Source: a bacterium
GTDB lineage: Bacteria; Zhuqueibacterota; Zhuqueibacteria; Residuimicrobiales; Krinioviventaceae
DNA length: 64,000 bases
Assembly: GCA_963675755.2 (NCBI GenBank)
Contig: CAXXMD010000002.1
Location: 1,248,001-1,312,000 of the forward strand
Direction of reading: 5' to 3'
Part shown: piece by piece, positions 29,753-39,720 of the stretch
How the letters are laid out: each line of letters opens with the position of its first letter
Position numbering within the stretch: position 1 is the first letter of the stretch
Translations under genes and position numbers: made by a program
The notes under the pieces: model-generated
Told to the model about the DNA's origin: nothing
Database searches by the model: none
The model's input: only the letters and a program-made list of their open reading frames with translations

Positions 29753-32488
29753 CTAATCCTGGAGCAAAAGTTGCAAATTCTCTTCCAACTTTTTCAAGCT
29801 GGTTTGCCAATTTTCCTGCTTTTCTTTCTCTTTATCAATCACATCCTTGGGTGCGCGTGCAATAAAATCACGATTTGACAGTTTTTTGCTCAAACCGGCA
29901 AGTTGTTTATCAATTCTTTCGATCTCTTTTGAAAGCCTGCTTTTTTCCACTTCAATATCAATCAATTCGGCAAGCGGAACAACAATATCCATTCCCTGCA
30001 CAACGGCTGTTGCAGAAAGTTTGGGACGTTCATTGTCAAAAGTTATATGAGACACCCTTGCTAGTTTCTGAATTGAATGTGAACTGCTTTTGATCAATGC
30101 CTGTTTTGCTTTTGATGCACCCAGAACAATTAAATCCGCTTCTTTGGCCGGGGGAACATTCATTTCACCGCGTATATTTCGGATGGCACCAATAATCTGC
30201 TGTAACAGTGTCATATCTTTTTCAACAGATGCATCAATTCTTTCGGTTTCTGCCTTGGGATATGGCTGGCTCATAATGGATTTAACATCACTTTCCTGAT
30301 GTAATACATCCGGTAGATTTTGCCACAATTCTTCTGTAATAAAAGGCATAAACGGATGCAACAAACGAACAATATTGTCAAGTATATATACGGCGACTGA
30401 ACGTGCAACCTGTTGTTTTTCCGGATTTTCACTATCATATAACCGGCTCTTGATCAGCTCAATGTACCAGTCACAATACTCGGTCCAGATAAAGCTGTAA
30501 AGCGCATGAGTAGCATCGTTCATTCTAAAATCATGTAATGACTTTTCAATCTCGATAATAGCACGGTTCAAACGTGACAAAATCCATTTGTCAGCCATTT
30601 CCAGATTAGATTCAGGAATATCTTTCAGTAAAAGTACCGGTTGGTCTTCATCCAGATTCATCAATACAAAGCGTGAAGCATTCCAAAGTTTATTGGTAAA
30701 CTTTTGACCCAATTCAATCAAGGTGTGGTCAAATTTAATATCTCCACCCAGGGGTGTTAAATAGACCATGGTTAAACGGATAGCATCCGCTCCATATGCA
30801 GGTACACCTTTTTTATAAGATGGATTCACTTTTGAAAATGCTGTAATATCTTTACCATCCACACCATTGATCAGCCAAAGCGGATCCGGAGAGTTGCCAA
30901 GCGATTTTGACATTTTCTTGCCGGACAAATCACGGATCATTCCATTGAAATAAACATCTTTGAAAGGTATATCGTCCATAAATTCAAGTGAAGCCATAAT
31001 CATACGGGCAACCCAGAAGAAAATAATATCCGGGCCGGTTGCCAGTGTATCTGTTGGGAAAAACTTTTTCAAATCTGCAGTATCGTCTGGCCAACCCAAA
31101 GTACTGAACGGCCACAACCAGGATGAGAACCAGGTATCCAATACATCCTGTTCCTGTTCAAGGTTGGTGCTGCCACATTCTACGCATGCTTTGGGTTCGT
31201 CGATGGAAACCGTTACATGTCCATGTTCACAATACCAGGCAGGGATGCGATGTCCCCACCAGATTTGACGGCTTATACACCAATCACGAATGTTTTCCAT
31301 CCAATGGAAATAGGTCTCTTCCCAATGTTTGGGATGGAATTTGATCTGACCTTCACGAACGACCTTGATAGCCGGCTTTGCCAGGGGTTCCATTTTAACA
31401 AACCATTGGTCTGAAAGATGCGGCTCTACAATATCTCCGGAACGGTAGCATTTAGGTATAGCAACGGTTTTATTACGCTCACCACGTAACAGTTTCAAAT
31501 TCTCAAGATCAGCAAGGATCTTTTTACGGGCTTCAAAACGGTCCAAACCGTTATAATGACCAGCATTTTCATTCATTTTACCATGAGCGTCAATTACCGA
31601 GATCTGTTCCAAATTATGACGATGGCCTACTTCAAAATCATTAAAATCATGTGCAGGCGTTATCTTTACTGCTCCACTACCCAATTCAGGATCAGCATGT
31701 TCATCACCAATAATGGGGATCTCACGTCCAATCAAGGGTAAACGCACTTTTTTACCAATCATTGCCTTGTAACGTTCATCTTCGGGATGTACAGCAACAG
31801 CGGTATCACCCAGCATGGTTTCAGGACGTGTAGTAGATACAATGATCTCTCCTGATCCATCAGCCAATGGATATGCCAGGTCCCAAAACTTGCCTTCGGT
31901 TTCTACATTATCTACTTCTTCATCAGCCAGTGCTGTATAACATTTTGGGCACCAGTTGATCAAACGGCGTCCTCTATATATCAAACCTTTATCATATAAA
32001 CTTACAAATACTTTTTTAACCGCAAAACTGAGGTTTTCATCCATGGTAAAACATTCACGGTCCCAGTCACAAGCAGCACCCAGATGACGCAATTGTTTAA
32101 AAATAATGCCGCCATACTTTTCCTTCCATTCCCAAACGCGTTCCAAAAACTTTTCACGTCCCAGCATGTGGCGGTCCAAACCTTCTTCTGCAATGGCAGC
32201 TTCTACCTTGTTCTGAGTAGCAATACCGGCATGGTCCGTACCCGGCATCCATAAGGTTTCATAGCCCTGCATTTTTTTCCATCGAATCAACAGATCCTGA
32301 ATAGTATTATTCAAAATGTGTCCCATGGTCAACATACCGGTCACATTAGGCGGTGGAATTACAATAGAATAATGCTTTTTCTTGCTTGTTTCGTCACCAT
32401 GAAAAAGCTTGTGCTCTTCCCAATAAGTGTACCATTTATCTTCAACTTTGGTCGGATCGTATACCTTGTCAAGTTCTTTAAAGCCCAT
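29753..32488 (-). CDS. valS: Valine--tRNA ligase
   Basis: Motifs PPPNVTG..TMGH, GTDHAGIATQ, DWCISRQ, KMSKS and a C-terminal coiled coil. Start set at ATG 32488 after GAGGAG. Confidence 0.98.
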   Translation of the reverse strand: MGFKELDKVYDPTKVEDKWYTYWEEHKLFHGDETSKKKHYSIVIPPPNVTGMLTMGHILNNTIQDLLIRWKKMQGYETLWMPGTDHAGIATQNKVEAAIAEEGLDRHMLGREKFLERVWEWKEKYGGIIFKQLRHLGAACDWDRECFTMDENLSFAVKKVFVSLYDKGLIYRGRRLINWCPKCYTALADEEVDNVETEGKFWDLAYPLADGSGEIIVSTTRPETMLGDTAVAVHPEDERYKAMIGKKVRLPLIGREIPIIGDEHADPELGSGAVKITPAHDFNDFEVGHRHNLEQISVIDAHGKMNENAGHYNGLDRFEARKKILADLENLKLLRGERNKTVAIPKCYRSGDIVEPHLSDQWFVKMEPLAKPAIKVVREGQIKFHPKHWEETYFHWMENIRDWCISRQIWWGHRIPAWYCEHGHVTVSIDEPKACVECGSTNLEQEQDVLDTWFSSWLWPFSTLGWPDDTADLKKFFPTDTLATGPDIIFFWVARMIMASLEFMDDIPFKDVYFNGMIRDLSGKKMSKSLGNSPDPLWLINGVDGKDITAFSKVNPSYKKGVPAYGADAIRLTMVYLTPLGGDIKFDHTLIELGQKFTNKLWNASRFVLMNLDEDQPVLLLKDIPESNLEMADKWILSRLNRAIIEIEKSLHDFRMNDATHALYSFIWTEYCDWYIELIKSRLYDSENPEKQQVARSVAVYILDNIVRLLHPFMPFITEELWQNLPDVLHQESDVKSIMSQPYPKAETERIDASVEKDMTLLQQIIGAIRNIRGEMNVPPAKEADLIVLGASKAKQALIKSSSHSIQKLARVSHITFDNERPKLSATAVVQGMDIVVPLAELIDIEVEKSRLSKEIERIDKQLAGLSKKLSNRDFIARAPKDVIDKEKEKQENWQTSLKKLEENLQLLLQD

Positions 32489-32561
32489 GAAACTCCTCAA
32501 TCTCTGTCATCGGTTTGGTTCAATACTGCATAAAAGCAGACCTAAATATATATAGTTTATT

Positions 32562-32590
32562 AATATAGTAAAACCCTTTACAAGAGTCAA
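32562..32590 (-). promoter_or_regulatory. Putative housekeeping-sigma promoter of valS
   Basis: Minus strand TTGACT-N17-TATATT. Confidence 0.65.
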
Positions 32591-32694
32591 CGAATTTTGG
32601 CTCCTCTCAATAGAGAAAAAACATTTTAAAATGAATATTGAAAACAATTCATCAGTTTTACGTATAAAGAATAAATAACAGAAAGGATGAATTC

Positions 32695-32928
32695 ATGCAG
32701 ATCAAAACCATTATTATCACCGTACTATTAACTCTATTTACTATAATCCTAATCCAGAATACAACAATTGTTACTTTTCAATTGCTATTCTGGCAGGTAT
32801 CCACATCATTAATCATTCTAATGATCATTATGCTGTTGATCGGATATTTAATTGGATTATTTTCAAGAGCATTATTTAAAAAGCGGAAAAAGCAGGAAAA
32901 TAAACAAACGGAAACCAGCGAAATTTAA
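32695..32928 (+). CDS. LapA/DUF1049-like small membrane protein
   Basis: TM-QN-x-V-x-F-x-LLFW-TM pattern with a basic tail; AAGGA ribosome-binding site. Confidence 0.75.
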   Translation: MQIKTIIITVLLTLFTIILIQNTTIVTFQLLFWQVSTSLIILMIIMLLIGYLIGLFSRALFKKRKKQENKQTETSEI

Positions 32929-32982
32929 AAACAACCCCACTATCCATATCTTCTTAAAATCATCAAATTGAACACTATTGCA

Positions 32983-33012
32983 CACAATCTGTACCTGTAG
33001 GTACAGATTGTG
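32983..33012. repeat. Perfect 14-bp inverted repeat, candidate enhancer or operator
   Basis: CACAATCTGTACCT-GT-AGGTACAGATTGTG, with a 2-nt spacer and no T tract. Confidence 0.8.
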
Positions 33013-33082
33013 ATTCTCCTGTAAACTGGAAAAACAAACCAATCCCTTGAAAATGAAGAACTTGCAAACCAGAAAATAATTC

Positions 33083-33097
33083 TGGCATATCCATTGC
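33083..33097 (+). promoter_or_regulatory. Putative sigma54 -24/-12 promoter
   Basis: TGGCAT-ATCCA-TTGC has exact GG-N10-GC spacing (consensus TGGCAC-N5-TTGC) and ends 47 nt before ATG 33145. Confidence 0.7.
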
Positions 33098-33144
33098 CAA
33101 AACAGGGGCAGAAACAAAAACAAACTAACATACAGGAGAACATC

Positions 33145-34014
33145 ATGAAAGTCTTGACCACCAAACGAATCGCATCATTCATTTCTACAAGTATATTGGT
33201 ATCAATCATTACATTAACAGGTTGTAGTGAAAACAGTCCTATTGAACCGGAGAGTAACTTTGCGTATGATGAAAACGCGGATGTTGCTGAATCTGTTGCC
33301 GGAACCGTTGGTGAAGACACCGGTGGTATGATGGACCAAATGAACGATATGATGGTTCTGGCCGGTGACGAATCTCTGGCAAAAACTGAAGGTGACTTTT
33401 TTGAATCCAAAGAAAAAAACTGGGATGAAGCCACACAATCCTGGATTATTTCAGTTAAACGTGAACGCGGATATGAAGAAAGCTCTTTTTACGCATTGAT
33501 TGAAAGAGAATACCAGGTCCAGTTCCTGAATTCCGGTAATGTTCCTCAAAAATTCTGGATAACCAATAATGATACAGCCACCACAATGACGTTTAAAATA
33601 GTAACAGGAGAAGGACGTCATAAAACACTCAAATTATCACAGGAATTGCTAGAACTGGATGGCAGCTTTACTGCAACGGGTGTAAATACAGATACAGTAA
33701 CATTTGTAGGAAATTACTCACGCGCGGCTGTAGATACCATTACTACAGAAAGGTTTACACGCATACATAATCATTCAACAGCATTATCCTTTACTTTGGC
33801 AGGTCCTCGTATGAGCAGTGCAGACCTGACTCAGCACTATACAGGACAAATTACCGGTACATATAATGCCGATATAGAATTCAACGGAGAAAACGGCATG
33901 GTAGATCGGTCAATTGAAAAATCATTTACAATTGATGTAGATGAAGCTAACGCAGAAATCATTATCAACAAGCACTTGTACATGTGCAGTTTAATAACCG
34001 GACAGGTTGAATAA
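33145..34014 (+). CDS. Hypothetical lipoprotein, beta-rich
   Basis: AGGAG site before ATG 33145; signal peptide II ending in LTGC; no family recognised. Confidence 0.75.
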   Translation: MKVLTTKRIASFISTSILVSIITLTGCSENSPIEPESNFAYDENADVAESVAGTVGEDTGGMMDQMNDMMVLAGDESLAKTEGDFFESKEKNWDEATQSWIISVKRERGYEESSFYALIEREYQVQFLNSGNVPQKFWITNNDTATTMTFKIVTGEGRHKTLKLSQELLELDGSFTATGVNTDTVTFVGNYSRAAVDTITTERFTRIHNHSTALSFTLAGPRMSSADLTQHYTGQITGTYNADIEFNGENGMVDRSIEKSFTIDVDEANAEIIINKHLYMCSLITGQVE

Positions 34015-34047
34015 ATACTCTCTCTCCCCCCTCAAACACACTCTTCC

Positions 34048-34081
34048 AAAAACGACAGTCAAATTTTGACTGTCGTTTTTT
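34048..34081 (+). terminator. Rho-independent terminator
   Basis: AAAAACGACAGTCAA-ATT-TTGACTGTCGTTTTT, a perfect stem ending in a T tract, downstream of the lipoprotein gene. Confidence 0.85.
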
Positions 34082-34245
34082 AATTATAAATTAAAAAAAA
34101 CAAGAAAAACCATTGAAAATTAATTTTTTATTTTGAAATTTAAAAATCTTTACTATTTTATAAATGAATATGGATATCTAATGTATCTTTATAATTATTT
34201 AAAGTTTACATTAATGAACATTTTCTCCACAAAAGGGGAAAATTA

Positions 34246-35806
34246 ATGCAAAATATGCGCGATTTTGACAAACCCTATATACTCCTGGTTGAAGACAATA
34301 AAGACCAGGCATTTGTAGTATCTTATTTTTTAAAAGAAAAAGGTTACCATGTAGACTGGTGTAACACTGCAAAATCCGCTGTGCGTAAAGCCTACCAGCA
34401 TGATTACAATTTAATTTTGCTTGATGTAATGTTAAATTCGGACAAGGACGGATTTGAATTGATCCAATTTTTCAAATCTTCTCCCCCACTCAAGGAAATT
34501 CCGGTAATTATGCTGACGGCAAGATCAAACAGCAAGGATAAAGTCAATGGTTTAAAACTGGGGGCAGACGACTATATTACCAAACCATTTGACAGGGATG
34601 AGCTTCTTGCAAGAATTGAAAGTACTATTGAACGCAAGAATAAAGTCAGATACATTGAACAGTTTAAAGATCTTTTAGAAAACACAGATGATATTGTTTT
34701 ACTGTTAGACAGCAAAGGGATTATTGATCACGCCAATAAACAGGCCAAGATCATCATTCCACAGTTAAAGAACAAAGATAAAAAATATAAACTTGTAGAC
34801 ATATTTGATCCCATGTTTTCTTCGGCTATCCTGGCATTTTTTGACAGGGTGCTTCAAGGTATGGAAGTAAAAGGCACAGATTGGAAATTAAGACAATCAG
34901 CAGAGACCGTCACATCCGTTGATGCCAAATTACTACCCATTTTGCAGGGAGAACGGATCATTGGTGTGGGATGTATCTTTCGGGATTCTTCACAACGTAT
35001 ACAGGCAATTCAGGAATTTGAAAAACGGAATCGTGATCTTCAGCAGCGCGTCAGACAAACAGATGCCCGTTTGAACGAAGTACAGGAAAAACTGATCATG
35101 TCCGAAAAACTGGCAGTTATGGGTGAACTTGCAGCTGCTATTGCACATGAAATACGAAATCCGTTAAATACAATCAGTTCTTCCATATACTTTTTGCAAA
35201 GGATATTAAAATCAGAAGAACCCAAAGCACATGAACATTTGAATATCATTAGACAAGAGATACAACGCACTCAGAATATTATTGTTAATCTTTTAGATTT
35301 TTCAAGAAAATCAGGCTCAGACAAAACAGAAACAGAAATTAACCAGCTTGTAAACCAAACCCTGGTTCTGGTTGAAAAAGAACTTTTTATCAACAATATT
35401 TCACTAAATAAGGAATTAAACAATGTTGAAAAATGTTTTGTGAATCCAGATGATATGAAGCAAATTTTTTTAAACCTGATTCTGAACGCTAGAGATGCGA
35501 TGCCTAAAGGTGGTGATTTAACCGTAAAAAACGAAAATGAAAGACGACAAGATACGGGTGACCATATCAGATACAGGCAAAGGGATCCCAAAACACATTT
35601 TAGACAAAATTTTCGATCCATTTTTTTCCACCAAAGAAGAAGGGCAGAATGTAGGTATAGGGTTATCGATAGTACAAACTGCTATAGAACGAAACGATGG
35701 TACAATTCAGGTTTCTTCCAATGGTAACTCGGGAACGACATTTACAATTTGTCTCCCTGCTATAGATTCTAATCCCAAGAACCCTTTAAATGAACTAAAA
35801 AACTAA
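34246..35806 (+). pseudogene. Hybrid sensor kinase REC-PAS-HisKA-HATPase, split by a one-base frameshift (pseudogene or sequencing error)
   Basis: ORF 34246..35727 carries REC (LLDVML), the H box AHEIRNPL and the N box QIFLNLILNARDAM. The G1/F/G2 boxes (DTGKGI, IFDPFFST, GIGL) lie in ORF 35537..35806. Removing one A from the A6 run at 35526-35531 joins them. Confidence 0.85.
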
Positions 35807-35832
35807 CAAATTCATTCAAGCAGGATTGTATT

Positions 35833-37167
35833 ATGCAAGACTATGAACCAACAATTTTACTGGTAGACGATGAAGACAATTGCTTACGGGTCATTAGCGA
35901 TGTATTCGAACTTGAGGGAATTGAATGCATTACAGCGAATTCGGGGGAAAAGGCCCTGGAGATATTCGAACTCAATGATATTGACATTGTAGTTACGGAT
36001 ATCAAAATGCCGGGGGTCTCCGGATTGGATTTGTTAAAAGAGGTCAAGGCCAGAAAGCCCGAAACTGTAGTAATTATGATGACTGGTTATGGTTCTATTG
36101 GAAACGCCATAGAATCAATCAAACAAGGCGCATATCAGTACATCATTAAACCCATAGTTATGGACGATTTCCTTGCGCAAATCAGAGACATTATGAACCA
36201 GATCCAAAATGGAAAGCCCACAAATGTCTACAAACCAGATAGCAGCTATTTTAACAATAATCTCAAGGGTACTGCGTTTAGGATTCAAAACATTAACAAG
36301 ATTATTGATCTGGTTTCAAAATCTGATTTACCTTTACTCATTACGGGTGAAAGTGGTACCGGAAAAGAACTGGCCGCATTACAAATCCACAAATCTGGTA
36401 ATCGTGCAAACCAGAATTTTGTAACACTCAATTGTACTACATGCAAAGATGTACATCTTGAAAATGACCTGTTTGGTTCCAAAACCGGCTCAAAGCCATC
36501 CGAGATAGAAAAAGCCAATGGCGGCACTTTTTATCTGGAAGAAATTGGAAATCTCAAATCATCTCTACAAACCAAATTATTAGAAGTAATTAAAACCGGA
36601 GAAATTAAATATGCCGGAAATCCGGATCCGGTTAAAGTAGATGTGAGATTTATAGCATCTACAAGCCACAATCTTGAACAGGAAGTTGAAGAAGGTGTTT
36701 TTGATGCCGAGTTGTTTCATGTGTTCAATTCCATCACCTTGAGAATGCCGGCACTGCGCGAAATCACAAATGATATACCGGTACTTGCACAGCATTTTGC
36801 TAACGAGTACAATTCCAAATCCAACAAAAAGATCAAAATTAACAAAGAAACACTGGCAACTTTGCAAAACTATTCCTGGCCGGGTAATGTTCGGGAATTG
36901 ATCAATGTTATTCGCAGCGCTGTATCTATTTGCGAAAGCAACGAGATCATGAAATTTGACCTTCCCGCCCATTTAACCAATGGTAAAGTTAAAGAAAAAC
37001 CCGGGAAAAAAGAAAAACGATCTTCATTGCTCCTGGCAGATGTAGAGCAGGACCATATTATGGGCGTGCTTGATATGGCCAAAGGCAACAAGAGTATGGC
37101 AGCAACCATGCTGGGTATTCACAGGGACACGCTTTTGAGGAAATTGAAAAAATACGGTGTAGATTAA
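35833..37167 (+). CDS. NtrC-like response regulator (REC-AAA+-Fis HTH) with degenerate activator motifs
   Basis: Has VTDIKMP, Walker A GESGTGKE, WPGNVREL and the HTH AATMLGIHRDTLLRKL; GAFTGA is absent. Confidence 0.9.
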   Translation: MQDYEPTILLVDDEDNCLRVISDVFELEGIECITANSGEKALEIFELNDIDIVVTDIKMPGVSGLDLLKEVKARKPETVVIMMTGYGSIGNAIESIKQGAYQYIIKPIVMDDFLAQIRDIMNQIQNGKPTNVYKPDSSYFNNNLKGTAFRIQNINKIIDLVSKSDLPLLITGESGTGKELAALQIHKSGNRANQNFVTLNCTTCKDVHLENDLFGSKTGSKPSEIEKANGGTFYLEEIGNLKSSLQTKLLEVIKTGEIKYAGNPDPVKVDVRFIASTSHNLEQEVEEGVFDAELFHVFNSITLRMPALREITNDIPVLAQHFANEYNSKSNKKIKINKETLATLQNYSWPGNVRELINVIRSAVSICESNEIMKFDLPAHLTNGKVKEKPGKKEKRSSLLLADVEQDHIMGVLDMAKGNKSMAATMLGIHRDTLLRKLKKYGVD

Positions 37168-37200
37168 AAAAAAAAGCCCCTTATTCAGGGGCTTTTTTTT
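37166..37200. terminator. Bidirectional Rho-independent terminator
   Basis: A-tract, AGCCCCT-TATTC-AGGGGCT, T-tract, lying between convergent genes. Confidence 0.9.
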
Positions 37201-37213
37201 GATATATTAAATA

Positions 37214-38641
37214 CTAGTTGGCTTTGCCGTTAGACAAATATTCGTGAATAGATTTTGCAGCTTTACGTCCGGCTCCCATTGCCAGAATTACCGTTGCACC
37301 GCCAGTAACAACATCACCGCCTGCATAAACGCCTTTTTTGCATGTTGCACCTGTTTCTTCATCCACAACAATGGTTCCGCGTTTTGAGCATTCAAGATCC
37401 GGTGTTGTCTGCTGGATCAATGGATTCGATCCATTACCAATTGCAATAATGGCCAAATCAATATCAATCACATATTCAGAGCCTTCCATGGGCACAGGTC
37501 TGCGACGACCGGAAGCATCGGGTTCACCCAGCTCCATTTTGATACATTTCACACCATTCAACCAGCCTTTACCATTGTCTAAAAATTCTAATGGACTGGT
37601 AAGCATTTTGAATTCAATGCCTTCTTCTTTGGCGTGGTGAATTTCTTCATTACGCGCTGGCATTTCAACCTCTGAACGCCGATACAGAATATATGCATTT
37701 TTTGCGCCCAAACGTTTTGCGGTACGTACAGAGTCCATTGCAGTGTTTCCACCACCAATTACCGCTACATTCTTGTCTTTAACACTGATAACCGGTGAAT
37801 CATATTCAGGGAAACGATATGCTTTCATCAGGTTCACGCGTGTCAAGAATTCATTGGCAGAATAAACACCAATCAGGTCTTCACCGGGAAGATCCATAAA
37901 CCAGGGCAGTCCCGCGCCCGAAGCAACAAAAACAGCATCATAACCATCACTCATCAACTCGTCGATGGTATCAACACGCCCAATAACTGCGTTTGGCTCA
38001 AATTCAACACCCATTTTACTGAGATTATTAATTTCCTGTTTTACAATATCTTTTGGCAGACGAAATTCAGGAATACCGTAAACCAATACTCCACCAAGTT
38101 CATGAAAAGCTTCAAATACAGTTACCGCATAACCCATCTGTACCAGATCTCCGGCACAAGACAAACCGGCAGGGCCGCTGCCTACAACTGCAACTTTTTT
38201 CTTGAATTTTTGTTCAGCTTTAACAACCTCAGCAGGTTGATTAACACGTTCATAATCAGCAACAAATCGTTCCAGATTACCAATAGCAACCGGATCTCCT
38301 TTTTTCCCAACAATACACAAGTTTTCACACTGTTCTTCCTGGGGACATACACGTCCGCAAATCGCAGGCAGCATATTGTCTTCTTTGATAGATTGACTTG
38401 CTGCTGCGAAATCACCTTCTACAATATAATTGATGAATCTGGGTATATTGATATTAACAGGACAACCTGACACACAAACCGGTTTTTTACATTGCAAACA
38501 CCGGAGGGCCTCTTTTTGGGCCATTTCAACGGTATAACCTAAATTAACCTCTTTAAAATTCGTAACCCTCTGCATGGGATCCTGTTCGGGCATCTTTTGC
38601 CGCGGTATTTGTCGTCTTTCTTTGGCTGAAAGTTCATTCAT
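37214..38641 (-). CDS. nfnB: NfnB/SudA large subunit of electron-bifurcating NADH-dependent ferredoxin:NADP+ oxidoreductase (GltD-like)
   Basis: Motifs RCLQCKKPVCVSGCP, CGRVCPQEEQCE, GSGPAGL, YGIPEFRLPK, GGGNTAMD and GATVILAMGAG. It is paired with the small subunit and no gltB is adjacent. Confidence 0.9.
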   Translation of the reverse strand: MNELSAKERRQIPRQKMPEQDPMQRVTNFKEVNLGYTVEMAQKEALRCLQCKKPVCVSGCPVNINIPRFINYIVEGDFAAASQSIKEDNMLPAICGRVCPQEEQCENLCIVGKKGDPVAIGNLERFVADYERVNQPAEVVKAEQKFKKKVAVVGSGPAGLSCAGDLVQMGYAVTVFEAFHELGGVLVYGIPEFRLPKDIVKQEINNLSKMGVEFEPNAVIGRVDTIDELMSDGYDAVFVASGAGLPWFMDLPGEDLIGVYSANEFLTRVNLMKAYRFPEYDSPVISVKDKNVAVIGGGNTAMDSVRTAKRLGAKNAYILYRRSEVEMPARNEEIHHAKEEGIEFKMLTSPLEFLDNGKGWLNGVKCIKMELGEPDASGRRRPVPMEGSEYVIDIDLAIIAIGNGSNPLIQQTTPDLECSKRGTIVVDEETGATCKKGVYAGGDVVTGGATVILAMGAGRKAAKSIHEYLSNGKAN

Positions 38642-38668
38642 AAGGGTTGTTCCTTTTACATTCTATAG

Positions 38669-39544
38669 TTATTTCTCTAATTCGTTAACAGCAGCATCCA
38701 ATCGACAACCACCTTCACCATGATCATGATCGATGGATTCAAGCGATGCTTTTTCCTGATTGGCATAAGCAGTATTACGGTTTAACAGACTCTGAAAATC
38801 TACCTGATGTGCATCAAATTCCGGTCCGTCAACACATACAAACTGTACAGAATCGCCAATATTTACACGGCATCCACCGCACATACCGGTACCATCAACC
38901 ATAACCGGATTTAAACTCACCATGGTTTTTATACCGTACTCGCGGGTTATATCCGCAACACTTTTCATCATCATAATAGGACCTATAGCAAGAACAAAAT
39001 CGGGTTTGTTACCGCTATCGATCAGTTCTTTCAACTTGCCGGTCACAAATCCATGATAACCATAACTACCATCATCGGTAGTGACATAGGTTTCATCACA
39101 AAATTCCTGCATTTCTTTTTCCAGAATGACCAGATCTTTGTTCTTGGCGCCAATAATAGAAATGACATGGTTGTCAGCTTGTTTTAACGCTTTTGCAGTT
39201 GGAAAAGCAATAGCAGTTCCTACACCGCCACCAATTACACATGCTTTACCAAATTTTTCAATTTCTGAGGGTTTTCCCAATGGACCTACAATATCCATTA
39301 CCTCATCACCGGTATTGAACCGGTTCAATAACTTTGTAGTCTTTCCAATACCCTGTACAATGATAGTTACGCTCCCTTCAACCGGATCAGAATCCGCAAT
39401 GGTCAACGGTATACGCTCACCTTTGTCATGCACACGCACAATCACAAACTGACCTGCCTGACGTTTTTTACTGATCTTGGGGGCTTCAATTCGGAATAAT
39501 TTGATATCTTTTGCCAGGAATTCAGCATGCAGTATTTTCGGCAT
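38669..39544 (-). CDS. nfnA: NfnA/SudB small subunit (FNR-like, [2Fe-2S])
   Basis: Motifs GERIPLTI, GPLG, GGGVG, TDDGSYG and MVDGTGMCGGCRV...CVDGPEFD. Confidence 0.92.
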   Translation of the reverse strand: MPKILHAEFLAKDIKLFRIEAPKISKKRQAGQFVIVRVHDKGERIPLTIADSDPVEGSVTIIVQGIGKTTKLLNRFNTGDEVMDIVGPLGKPSEIEKFGKACVIGGGVGTAIAFPTAKALKQADNHVISIIGAKNKDLVILEKEMQEFCDETYVTTDDGSYGYHGFVTGKLKELIDSGNKPDFVLAIGPIMMMKSVADITREYGIKTMVSLNPVMVDGTGMCGGCRVNIGDSVQFVCVDGPEFDAHQVDFQSLLNRNTAYANQEKASLESIDHDHGEGGCRLDAAVNELEK

Positions 39545-39680
39545 CTATCTTCCTTTCGTCTCTAATATTTGTGTTCAAAACTACATTTACAGAAGACAAG
39601 TTAGGAAATTTTTCACAAAAAAGGAATGAATTTTTTGCAGAAATACAAAAAGAGGAAATAAATATAACAAGAAAAGTGTT

Positions 39681-39710
39681 CATTCCGGCAGTTTTTGTCC
39701 TGCCGGAATG
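39681..39710 (-). terminator. Hairpin after the GH2 gene, probable terminator
   Basis: CATTCCGGCAG-N8-CTGCCGGAATG, an 11-bp stem; the T tract is weak and offset. Confidence 0.6.
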
Positions 39711-39720
39711 ATCTCACACC

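Noticed and set aside
32872-33438. Minus-strand ORFs of 83, 164, 74 and 65 aa
   Set aside because: They are antisense to the lipoprotein gene and its promoter, which have clear RBS, lipobox and terminator support.
35526-35532. Programmed -1 ribosomal frameshift at A_AAA_AAC
   Set aside because: The downstream kinase half is in the +1 frame, so a -1 shift would not restore it.
37214-38641. Glutamate synthase small subunit (gltD) call
   Set aside because: There is no adjacent gltB, and pairing with an FNR-like [2Fe-2S] subunit indicates NfnAB.
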